64,000 nt of DNA, from NCBI GenBank assembly GCA_028023455.1, contig JAQFVV010000002.1, positions 32,240,001 to 32,304,000 on the forward strand, read 5' to 3'. Below the pieces are notes generated by a model. That model had not been told where the DNA came from and ran no database searches. It worked only from the letters and a program-made list of their open reading frames with translations. Source of the stretch: Epiperipatus broadwayi. Taxonomy: Eukaryota > Animalia > Onychophora. The position numbers and the translations under genes are program-made. Below, in pieces: positions 53,520-64,000 of this stretch (its first letter is position 1; the number at the start of each line of letters is the position of its first letter).

Positions 53520-53672
53520 TTATAAGAGCGACATATAATGATGATGATGATCATCAAATCTTTAATGGTGTAAATTCATAATGTGATAATGATATAAATG
53601 CACAATAATGATGGTGATGATCAAACATCTAGTGGTATCAATGCACAGTGATGATGGCGATGATCAAACAGA
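53520..53672. repeat. degenerate (GAT)n-rich short tandem repeat
   Basis: aatgcacaataatgatggtgatgatcaaac / aatgcacagtgatgatggcgatgatcaaac. Confidence 0.6.
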
Positions 53673-55937
53673 GATCAGATTGGTTTAAACAATTTAATTT
53701 ATTAACAACATATAATAAATATTTACAAACAAAAAATAATAAAATAAATAAATATTCGGTTATCAAGAATGGTTTTTCTATCATCTTGATGGCTTCACAC
53801 AGCAGAAACAAAATAATTTAAAGTATATTATACTATATAATTCATTAAATATATACATAAAACAAAAAAAAAGAAAAGCAAAATGAGAGTTCTCTAATTT
53901 CTAAAACTACCCCATTAATGTAATTATTGGAATATTTTTAGGTTAGGGTAAATATATTTATAACTATTTTTTTTATTATATATATATATATAGCCCCACT
54001 CCCATCTATACGTTTGTGTAAGTCCTAGTAAAAAAAAAAAAAATAATGACAGATACGATAAAGACCATTTACTCAGTGGGTTAATTGCACTCAGAAGTAA
54101 AACAAAATTACAAGTAAATATTATTAAAACTTATTAGTAAAAAAAAAAAAAATTTTGTTGGTCCTAAAGTTCCCTCAATGTTAAATATATGATAACCTTA
54201 CTTGAGGACCTTGATGGATCAATATTGAATTCCAGAGGAATCTGTAAATTTACTTTCATTAAAAAAAAATAAATACATATTAATTGAAGAAGATTCCTTT
54301 TTTAAAATACATCAACATATGACACATCTATTCACTGCTTCCACCTTTAAATTGCAGATGATCGAATTTGAAAAATTAATCTTGAATACACAATACAAAA
54401 AAAATTACAATACATAAACTTTTAAATAGCAATAATAAAGCAAAAAAAAATAAAAATCACGTGAATCAAAATAAAATATATTTATCTTGAGGAAAACAAA
54501 TGTCAATCTCCAGGCCTAGCGTTCCTGTTCACCAATTCTGTTAATATTCATATCTTTCATGTTGATTGGTTAAAACAAACACATATCAACTATCTCTCCT
54601 GAACGTATATAAATCCATGGTAGATGGATGTACACCAGCGTTCTCTAAATAGACATCTTGATGGAAAATTTTATAATTTCATAATGACATTGAAGCTAGC
54701 TTTGGAAAGTCCCACAACACTGATTTCTTTACCCCAAATGCATTGTAAAGATTCCTTTATTATAAACTTTTATTTATGACGTGGCTTCAATATGTATATA
54801 TATTGAACTAGTTTGAAGAAACTTCATTTTTTAGTAGTTTCAGATTTCCTTTGCATTATTTCTATAATAACGAATTCAATCTTGCAGAAATTAAAGTTTA
54901 ACTTTCCAGTTTTCTTCTTTCCAAAATAAAGATTTTTATCTTGAAACTACAAATATTAAAATTACTGTTTTTAAATGCCAAATAGTTTTTTCTTTTTCTT
55001 TTTTTTTACAAAAGAAAGAAAAACTTTACTTAACTGCTGTCGGTTCAATTGTCCGTTTTTAAGTGAAGAACGCTCCTTTGTCACGTGCTAGCTAAAAACC
55101 TATTGTTACAACTTAATAAAAAAAACAAAAACAAATTATAAAACATTATTATTATTTTTATTTAATTTTCATTATTCAAATTCGATCATTTAACAACAAT
55201 TTTGACCTCATATAATTTTGATCTTGATTATTTCTGTCTTATAAGCCAACCAATTAGTATTTTTAATTAATGATATTAATGAATAAAAAAAATAGAAAAA
55301 CAATTAATTTCTACCAATAGACAAACATATTAGTTTATATGCATATATACTTCATGTGTATAGCAAATTTATTTGCTTTCTCACAACAGACAAAAAAAAA
55401 ATAATTAATTTCTCAAACATACCATTTATTTGTATGTTTATACATGTATATACTATATGTCTATAAGTAAGTATATAAGATATTTTATTTGCCTACCACT
55501 TGGTCTGAATTCCAACGTTGTGAAAGAAATTGGGATAGGTGTGAAGGCTAGTTGTAAGCCATCTCTAAACACCTACATTATACAAATGATAAGTGTGGAA
55601 TGCTTTGTATACTACATTTCAGTGGATAATTATTAAATTGCTTCTTATTTATAATTTTTAATAGATTTAACATTCTTATCATTTTTACATATCTTATTTA
55701 TTTTCTTAGGTCCCTTGAAAAACAGTGAATCAAAAGTTTATTGTAATTTGAAGAGAAAAAGAATTAAATAATATTAGTGTGAGCAATAATATATTTATTT
55801 ATAATCTATAGTCATCCAAATTATAATCCTCTAGACTCTTCCTCTTCTTCTTCTTCCTTAGTTTTGCTTTCTTTATACAGTATATAACATCAAACCTCCA
55901 CTCTTTTACACTTTTAGCAAAATATATTTATTAATTT

Positions 55938-55977
55938 GATAACAGTTTCGACTGTTCCCAGCAGTCTTCATCAGATC
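55938..55977 (-). ncRNA. minimal type I hammerhead motif (family C)
   Basis: The minus strand reads GAU CUGAUGA A GACUG CUGGGAA CAGUC GAAA C U G UU AUC. Confidence 0.75.
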
Positions 55978-56028
55978 TTATTTCTCACTCCTTTAGGAAA
56001 ATGGAGGAAGTAAAGGAGTGAGAAATAA

Positions 56029-56068
56029 GATCTGACGAAGACTGCTGGGAACAGTTGAAACTGTTATC
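56029..56068 (+). ncRNA. minimal type I hammerhead motif (family C)
   Basis: GAU CUGACGA A GACUG CUGGGAA CAGUU GAAA CUGUU AUC, with a G.U pair at the base of stem II. Confidence 0.7.
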
Positions 56069-57809
56069 AAATTAATAAATATATTTTGCTAAAAGTGTAA
56101 AAGAGTAGAGGTTTGATGTCATCCAAATTACCTTGGTAACAAAAACAGTATATCATTCTATGGCACTATTTCCAGTAATAGACTGAAATGAAGTGATTTA
56201 ATTTAAAACAGATATTTATCATTGTTTATCTGTTGAAGACACTTGAATTCTAAGCTATCTTTTAAAGATTATACTAAATGTAGAGTCATAGTTTTATTTT
56301 TCATTTAATATTATAATTTAATTTGTTTAATAATCTTTGTAGAATATAAAAAAAAGGTGACAATGTATCACTTTAATTAAAAAAAGTCTAGATACGGAAA
56401 TAATACTTCCTTACTAATAAAAATAATGAAAACACTGCATGCAATGCAATCCACTTCATATATAACAGCTGATACTTTCTTAGAAAAGAATATTGTTGAC
56501 AAATTCTAGTTTTATCCAATAAATATTTACTGGGGGAGTGTATATAAGTGAATATTTCTTGAGCTGTTTGTGGTTAGACTTGTATTACAATAAAATTAAA
56601 GGGATTTTTATAAAATCAAATTATCACAATTATTCATGAATTATATCCTATGATAGTACTTGCAATAAATTTTCCTGGCAATGAAAGGCACCCTATTTTG
56701 TTGTTATTCTTGACCTAAGTGATAGTATTTTCTTTTATCTACAATCTTCCAATCCAATTGTCTATCTAACTTACACCATGTGATACATTTTTATCTTGAT
56801 AACGTCAGTTCTTTTTTTATTCATAATCCACATATTCTAGGTTTCCAATAGTAACCTTGCAATTTCAAATCTTTTTTCCCTGCTAAGGAGAAATTGAATG
56901 AGTGCTTTCATACCAGAGATTCATTTTTCTGCACTATAGCTTTATTCTTTTGGAAGAAAAGTTTGATTGCCTTTTATCATGCAATTTGCAGGAATGATTA
57001 GCTGTTTGAACAACTAATTAACTGAAACTATCAACATTCTATATTGTTGCTAGATTGTTATAAATATAAATGTAAGGAACAAACAAAGAGAAGAACATAA
57101 ATTGTTCAGATTCTTTTAAGAAAATTATTAGAGGAGAGAAATACTATAGACAAGATAGAAATATAATCGGTAGATGAAAAAAAATGTTTTAGTTTTGATA
57201 AATTCATATTCACCAACTGAGAGACCACATAAAATGTATAATTTAAAAAAAAAAAAAAAATTTCTTATTTTTTTAGTTTAGTATATCATAAGACCAGATC
57301 ATTGTATCTTGTTTGAATAAGTGTGCATTTATATTTCATTGAATGAGAATTAAAATTTAATAGATTTGTAATAATTACAATTTTAATGAACTGATTTATT
57401 ATTTGCCTAATGTCTCATAAAGCCTGTTTATTGTTTACTTAACTTTAATGTAATAATCACAATTTTTATTGTTATTATACTTTTATATCTTTTAATAGAA
57501 TCTTTAAAGCATCATCACTTTGTGATTTAAATATTGTTTACCTGAAATGCATATATTATTTTAAATAATATAATAAAGATGAAATCAATAATTTTGGATA
57601 CAGCTTATTGATTTGAACCACCAAAATACATCATTCACTGATCTAAGATCACATAGACCCTAATTATTGAATAAAAAAGAACTTGTAAGTTATATGGCTC
57701 GATTAAGAGTTTATGTGTACTTTATAGAGTTAAATTTCATATTCATTTAGTATTCAGATTGCTAGACATTTTAGTAATTCTAAGTGTTTATCAGCAGTTT
57801 TGTCTGATA

Positions 57810-58500
57810 TAGTTGGGTAGTGGCAAAATCCCTTTCACTGATCCAAGTATATATGGAAAATGAATACTAGTTAATTTATTTGAATCCTGAGAAGAATAAG
57901 TTTGTAGTTCATAATATGATATTAAATTTATGGTTAAGTTTTTATATTTAGAATTGTTTACTGGACTTTGATTTGAGTTATGTTGATTTTCACAGTTGTT
58001 GTATAGTCAGCATAACTTAATGTTTAAAGTTCTTTTTCCTTACTTTTGAGTTTATATTTTGTTTTAATTTGATGGTAAATATTCTGATTTGGTTAAGCTT
58101 GGAATTTATATTTTACTTTAGTTTATCTTATTATCCTTTAATTCAATATCAGTTTATAGTTCTGGATATCATCTTCCATCATCATCATTATTCTCATCTG
58201 TCATCTCGATCTTTCTTTATTTCTTCATTCTTATTTCATCCTAATTCATTATCATAATTAATTCACCATTCACTAGCTCTTATTCCATTACCATCTTAAT
58301 CAGTCATTAGCTCTTAGTCTATCATTATCTTAACCCTTCAGTATTCTAACACATCTTTCTCTTCTCTTTGCTCTTAGACTCATTTCATTTTATTATTCAA
58401 TTCTTATTTATCTTCATCATCCAGTTAATTATTTATATCTTAATTTATTTACTACTTAGTTTATAATTCCAATCTCATATTCTTTTCATAGACCGGATTA
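57810..58500. mobile_element. family I repeat, second copy
   Basis: Homologous to 23930-24620. A more diverged third copy lies at about 60880-61290. Confidence 0.7.
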
Positions 58501-58901
58501 ATTTTCTCGCACTTAATTCACAGTCTTTTAAATATCCACTAGCCACTATATTTTAATATTTTATTATGTGTGCATTGTACGTTTTGCCTAGAAATTTTAT
58601 ATGCATTTAATTTTTAAGTAATTCTTATATAGTCGGTTGACATAGTTTGCATTGTTGGTTCTGACATTGATTATGCGCGTTGTATTTTAAAATTCTTGTT
58701 GATGACTTAGTCAGTTAAAGTGATGTTTATATCTTGTTATTAGTTAAGTATTTGTTAGCCTAATAGAGCAAGGCTTTGGTGAGTAATATTAGTATGCCTG
58801 ATAATGTAGAGAAGGTCCTCCATCCTTATTTTACTGCTTCTCCATGACGTGATAGTGCTCATTCCCATTGAGAATTATTATATATTAGATATTGTATTTT
58901 A

Positions 58902-59022
58902 TAAACAAAGCAAAACTCTCCATACAGTAGTGCCACCCTGTGCCAACCAGAGTAATCAATGAATGCCAGAAGGCTTGTGCATAAAATCCCTATCTAATGC
59001 CTACTCATCCATGTGATGCTTA
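58902..59022. mobile_element. family B truncated insertion with a 12-nt inverted terminus
   Basis: 13-bp TSD atattgtatttta at 58889-58901 and 59023-59035. The body matches 5275-5380 and ends with an inverted atgtgatgctta. Confidence 0.8.
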
Positions 59023-61683
59023 ATATTGTATTTTAGTGATTATTATTACGTTTTGAAAGTGTTTAGATCCCAGTTTTATCATCCACAAACCAACCAACAA
59101 TAATTTATTTTTAAGTATGTAGATTATGCATATGGTTATAATTGGCAATTAACCGATACTAAGTTTAATATGTTCAGAGTTTTTCACCACTGGAATTGTA
59201 AGTCTTTTAAATTCCGATTTTACAACATCTGGTTTAATTATTCTTATGTGGACAGAATTTATTGAAATATGTGGATAAATGACCTCTGTTGAGTGGCCCT
59301 TGCATCTAATTTAATTTAAAGTTAGCTTAGATTTACTTAAATGCATCACTAGCTGTAATCTTAGTAGTGTCGGTGTAATTAATGATAAATTTTAAAATAT
59401 ATGCTGAATATGCTAATCCCAGCTTAGCTTTTGCTTAGCTCATGGTATACAATATAAACCTGCTAGTGTATTCTGGTTGTTAAATAACACCACAGTATTA
59501 TGAAATGTATCAATTAAACTTAAGGTTATGTCTGTTAAGCTCATATCATTATAATTAAACTAAAGAGATTTAGAATCTTTATCATTTAAGGAGATTATTT
59601 GGATAAAATTAAATATCAAGTAGCCTCTGCTTATTTTGTATTTATTTATTTATTTTTTGTTGTTTGTTAAAATAAACAGTTGAAAAAAAAGGTAAAGAGG
59701 AATAATCAGTAGTTTTAGTCAAATAACGTTACAATTTCTGTAAGTCAAAATAAAGACTGTTAGTCAAAATGTTTAAAAGATAACAGTGCTATCTGGGCAA
59801 TGTTTGTTCCAGTAAATTTTTGTAAATATTTTTTTTTTTTGTTGTCATTAATAAACCAAATTTATTATTATTATTTAAAAAGTTTAGTTTCTGTTTGTTT
59901 TTCTTTTATATGATATTGTCTTGAGTTCCAATGATTCACAAAAATTTCGTAGGTTCCCCTCTTTTCTTCCATAGCGTAAGCTTGTGGTTAAAACACCTGT
60001 AGAGGTCCCTAGTATCGCATTTTATACGCATATTATCGAGGTTATAGCCTCAGTAAATATTACTAAAGTATACAAAATAAATTTTATACTGGTTTAAATT
60101 ATATAAAGCCACGCTAATCTTTGTGATTCTCAGATTGAATCACAGTAACAGATAATCACATATTTACAGATATTTAATAGAATGTTCATTTTAAAATTGA
60201 TTTTTAAGTTATTATTATATCTCCTTAGACTGAAGATTATACAATGTGAAATGAAGAATATTAGTGATTCAGAAGAGTATTTACCTTGTTTAAAGCTGCA
60301 TATTTTCTTACATTATCTTGTATAGTTTAAAATTTAAAATCCGTCTCCATTTAATGTCATTAGTAGATTATCTGTGAGTATGTGGAAAGACATAAAAAGT
60401 ACCCTTGTCCTTTTCCCGGCTTGAGTGATGTCTTGGGTAATAGGCCATAATTGGTTTAAATTTAGATTAACTAATCAAATTTTTAAATTAATATATTTTC
60501 TTTATTATGCTATGATTGAACATAAGATAGTTACCTTACGGTCGGCCAAGATATCACTCACTTGTTTATTAGTCCAAGCAATCATTTATTAGGCAACTTA
60601 AACTTTTATCTTGCACAAGAGTTTAGTTTAAAACCCCTGAGATTGTTTACGCTTGTTGCCTTGTTAATATAATTCAGTGAGATCCAACAAAGTATCGTGT
60701 TTTATTCAGAGTGTATGATCTGATAGTAGGCCGATTTTAATAACTATTAAATAATGATTTAAATTGTCTTTTATATTATTTATGGTAAATTATTAATATG
60801 CCATAATAGTTATTTGCATTGGTATTAGATTTGGTCTTTGTCGGATTGTATATCTCTGGATCATCATTCTTCCTTGATTTTATTGTAATCCCACTGAGCC
60901 AAGTCGTTAGGAGTCTCTAATAGAATAGATTAGGATATTTAGTTTATCGTTATCATCAATGTTTTATTCTTTCATTTCATCTTTTCCATCTTCTTCATTT
61001 CATCATTTTTGTCCCTTATTTGTTCATTATCCTTGTCATCTCCATTTCATCTTTCCCGTCTTCATCTTTATCCTATCATCATTTCATTTCCATCTCCTTT
61101 TTTAATATCTCTAATAGTTTATCTTTCATCTCATTTCATCTTTCATCTTCTCTCTTTCATTATCTTCATCATCTTTTATCTCTTCTTTTTCATCTTCTCG
61201 TGTCATCATCTTTCTCTCCCTTCCTCATCTCATCTTTTCATTTTTTGTCGTCCCCATCCACCACCACCCTCCTCATCTTTTCATTAAAGGTTACAATATA
61301 CTGTACTTTATATATATATGTAAACACCTACATTATTTAATGATAAGTGTGGAATGCTTTGTATACTACATTTCAATGAATAATTATTAAATTGCTTCTT
61401 ATTTATAATTTTTAATAGATTTAACATTTTTACATATCTTATTTATTTTCTTAGGTCCCTTTGAAAAACAGTGAATCAAAAGTTTATTGTAATTTGAAGA
61501 GAAAAAGAATTAAATAATATTAGTGTGAGCAATAATATATTTATTTATAATCTATAGTCATCCAAATTATAATCCTCTAGACTCTTCCTCTTCTTCTTCT
61601 TCCTTAGTTTTGCTTTCTTTATACAGTATATAACATCAAACCTCCACTCTTTTACACTTTTAGCAAAATATATTTCTTAATTT

Positions 61684-61723
61684 GATAACAGTTTCGACTG
61701 TTCCCAGCAGTCTTCATCAGATC
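61684..61723 (-). ncRNA. minimal type I hammerhead motif (family C)
   Basis: Same sequence as the 55938-55977 motif, with an intact core. Confidence 0.75.
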
Positions 61724-61774
61724 TTATTTCTCACTCCTTTAGGAAAATGGAGGAAGTAAAGGAGTGAGAAATAA

Positions 61775-61814
61775 GATCTGACGAAGACTGCTGGGAACAG
61801 TCGAAACTGTTATC
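61775..61814 (+). ncRNA. minimal type I hammerhead motif (family C)
   Basis: CUGACGA 61778-61784, perfect stem II GACUG/CAGUC, GAAA 61803-61806, GUU triplet ending at 61811. Confidence 0.77.
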
Positions 61815-62349
61815 AAATTAATAAATATATTTTGCTAAAAGTGTAAAAGAGTAGAGGTTTGATGTCATCCAAATTACCTTGGTAACAAAAACAGTATATC
61901 ATTCTATGGCAATATTTTTAGTAATAGACTGAAATGAAGTGATTTAATTTAAAACAGATATTTATCATTGTTTATCTGTTGAAGACACTTGAATTCTAAG
62001 CTATCTTTTAAAGATTATACTAAATGTAGAGTCATAGTTTTATTTTTCATTTAATATTATAATTTTAATTTGTTTAATAATCTTTGTAGAATATAAAAAA
62101 AAGGTGACAATGTATCACTTTAATTAAAAAAAGTCTAGATACGGAAATAATACTTCCTTACTAATAAAAATAATGAAAACACTGCATGCAATGCAATCCA
62201 CTTCATATATAACAGCTGATACTTTCTTAGAAAAGAATATTATTGACAAATTCTAGTTTTATCCAATAAATATTTACTGGGGGAGTGTATATAAGTGAAT
62301 ATTTCTTGAGCTGTCTGTGCTTAGACTTGTATTACAATAAAGTTAAAAT

Positions 62350-62490
62350 TATAAATTTATTTAAACGCACATTCATTACGTAAATAATATTCATTAAGGT
62401 TGTAGCCTCAATCACATGCGTATAAAATGCGATAGTAGGGACCTCTACAGGTCTTTAAACCACAAGCTTACTCTTGGAAGAAAAGAGGGG
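62350..62490. mobile_element. 141-bp insertion with a 10-bp TSD, related to 59956-60060 (opposite strand)
   Basis: aaagttaaaa at 62340-62349 and 62491-62500. Absent from duplicate copy 1 (near 56590). gcgtataaaatgcgatagtagggacctctacagg is the reverse complement of the 59996-60030 segment. Confidence 0.8.
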
Positions 62491-63472
62491 AAAGTTAAAA
62501 GGTTTTTTATAAAATCAAATTATCACAATCATTCATGTGATTATATTCTATGATAGTACTTGCAATAAATTTTCCTGGCAATGAAAGACACCCTATTTTG
62601 TTGTTGTTATTCTTGACCTAAGTGATAGTATTTTATCTACAATCTTCCAATCCAATTGTCTATCTAACTTACACCATGTGATATATTTTTATCTTGATAA
62701 CGTCAGTTCTTTTTTGATTCATAATCCACATATTCTAATTTTTCAATAGTAATCTTGCAATTTCAAATTTTTCTTCCCTGCTAAGAAGACATTGAAAACT
62801 AGATGTCAAAATCTTGGCTTATGGTGTACACCCACTATACTAGGAAATATCTTTGGCTTTTCTCAGTAAAATTGAGTGAGTGCTTTCGTACCAGAGATTC
62901 ATTTTTCTGCACTATAGTTTTATTCTTTTGGAAGAAAAGTTTGATTGCCTTTTATGATGCAATTTGCAGTAATGATTAGCTGTTTGAACAATTAATTAAC
63001 TGCAACCATCAACATTCTATATTGTTGCTAGATTGTTATAAATGTAAGAAACAAACAAAGAGAAGAACATGTAGCAAAGGCAGAATTAAGATAATAAACA
63101 TAAATAAACTGTTCAGACATTTAAGAAAATTATTAGAAGAGAGAAATACTATAGATAGATAGAAATATAATCAGTAGATGAAAAAAATTGTTTTAGTTTT
63201 GATAAATCCATATTCACCAAGTGAGAGACCCCATAAAATGTATAATTTTTAAAAAAATAATATTTCATTATTTTTTTAGTATATCGTAAGACCAGATCAT
63301 GTTTGAATAAATGTGCATTTATATTTCATTGTATGAGAATTAAAATTTAATAGATTTGTAATAATTACAATTGTAATGAACTGATTTATTATTTACCTAA
63401 TGTCTCGTAAAGGCTGTTTATTGTTTACTTAACTTTAATGTAATAATCACAATTTTTATTATTATTATATAG

Positions 63473-63606
63473 GGAAGATTTTAATAATGGTAATCATTTT
63501 TCCGATGATATGAAAAATGTTCCTTCCACCTCATCATGTCCTGAGAGAATGCTGAGGTGGCCATTAGAAATTGACACTGAAGATCCACTAGATGCCATCA
63601 TTAACA
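63473..63606 (+). CDS. BIRC6: probable BIRC6 exon (divergent linker)
   Basis: Acceptor tatag|G and donor A|gtaagt. AG+G gives Arg, then 44 open codons EDFNNGNHFSDDMKNVPSTSSCPERMLRWPLEIDTEDPLDAIIN. GC-richer than its flanks and phase-compatible, but with no recognisable homology. Confidence 0.65.
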
Positions 63607-64000
63607 GTAAGTAAAAAATGAACTTCCAATTTATTTTAAAATTATTTAGTATTATATACAAAACAATTGTTTTTATATTTGTGTGTCTTCATTGATGTGT
63701 ATTGAAAATTAAGGCAGGAAATAAACTCTAAACCACTGAAAGTTGCAAAGAACATTTTCATTAATTAATTTAATTGTAAGGTTTAGAATAATAATAGGCT
63801 GATGGAGTCAAAAAAATAAAAGTTTCTGGATCAAATATTATATTCCCTCTTGAGCAAACTAAACACTCGATTCGATAATGTGAGATATAAGTGAAAAGTA
63901 AAAATCGCCTTTGTGAAAAGCTTGGATTATGAAAAGGCCAAGAAGAAATACTTACAATGTAATATATTTCTTCTGTTTTTTTTTTTTTAAGATTTTGAAC

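Larger units (their letters stand above)
55824..56117. mobile_element. family C head-to-head hammerhead element
   Basis: 13-bp TSD gtcatccaaatta at 55811-55823 and 56118-56130. Inverted arms of 109 bp (55887-55995 / 56011-56119) with a 15-bp spacer. Confidence 0.88.
55566..57479 (+). repeat. copy 1 of a ~2 kb intronic duplication
   Basis: Colinear, high-identity match to 61321-63469 from taaacacctacattat to aatttttatt(g/a)ttattata. Confidence 0.95.
61570..61863. mobile_element. family C element, duplicated copy
   Basis: The same TSD gtcatccaaatta occurs at 61557-61569 and 61864-61876. Confidence 0.88.
61321..63469 (+). repeat. copy 2 of the ~2 kb intronic duplication, abutting the acceptor of exon 63473
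   Basis: Matches 55566-57479 plus private extra segments (62350-62490, about 62790-62870, about 63070-63105). Confidence 0.95.

Noticed and set aside
4144-61340. Most ORFs in the supplied track (e.g. 4144-4386, 12133-12339, 14752-15069, 36590-36910, 61009-61340)
   Set aside because: They have low-complexity, AT-biased I/F/L/Y/K-rich or S/H-rich translations from intronic repeats, with no splice or homology support.

Overview
AT-rich, CpG-poor animal (probably invertebrate) genomic DNA lying wholly within one gene on the + strand: the N-terminal part of BIRC6 (BRUCE/Apollon). Seven phase-compatible GT-AG exons (8380-8639, 19338-19466, 35829-35902, 44374-44423, 47999-48094, 51196-51317, 63473-63606; 865 nt) encode the single BIR domain and flanking beta-propeller sequence. 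The gene runs off both ends of the window. The 3-16 kb introns hold many small mobile elements. The main result is that at least five sequence types of type I hammerhead ribozyme (families A, B/E, C, D, F) occur in more than 20 copies, 9 with intact catalytic cores. They sit in small non-coding elements built as head-to-head inverted arms, and several are bracketed by 13-16 bp target-site duplications. This is the signature of non-autonomous Penelope-like or retrozyme-type retroelements. No cognate RT/GIY-YIG ORF is visible here. Also present: a piggyBac-like transposase 3' remnant inside TA-type TIRs, a decayed LINE RT fragment, a ~2 kb intronic duplication ending at a splice acceptor, and a 385 bp near-perfect palindrome. 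All alignments and RNA folds were done by eye, and ribozyme activity is untested.
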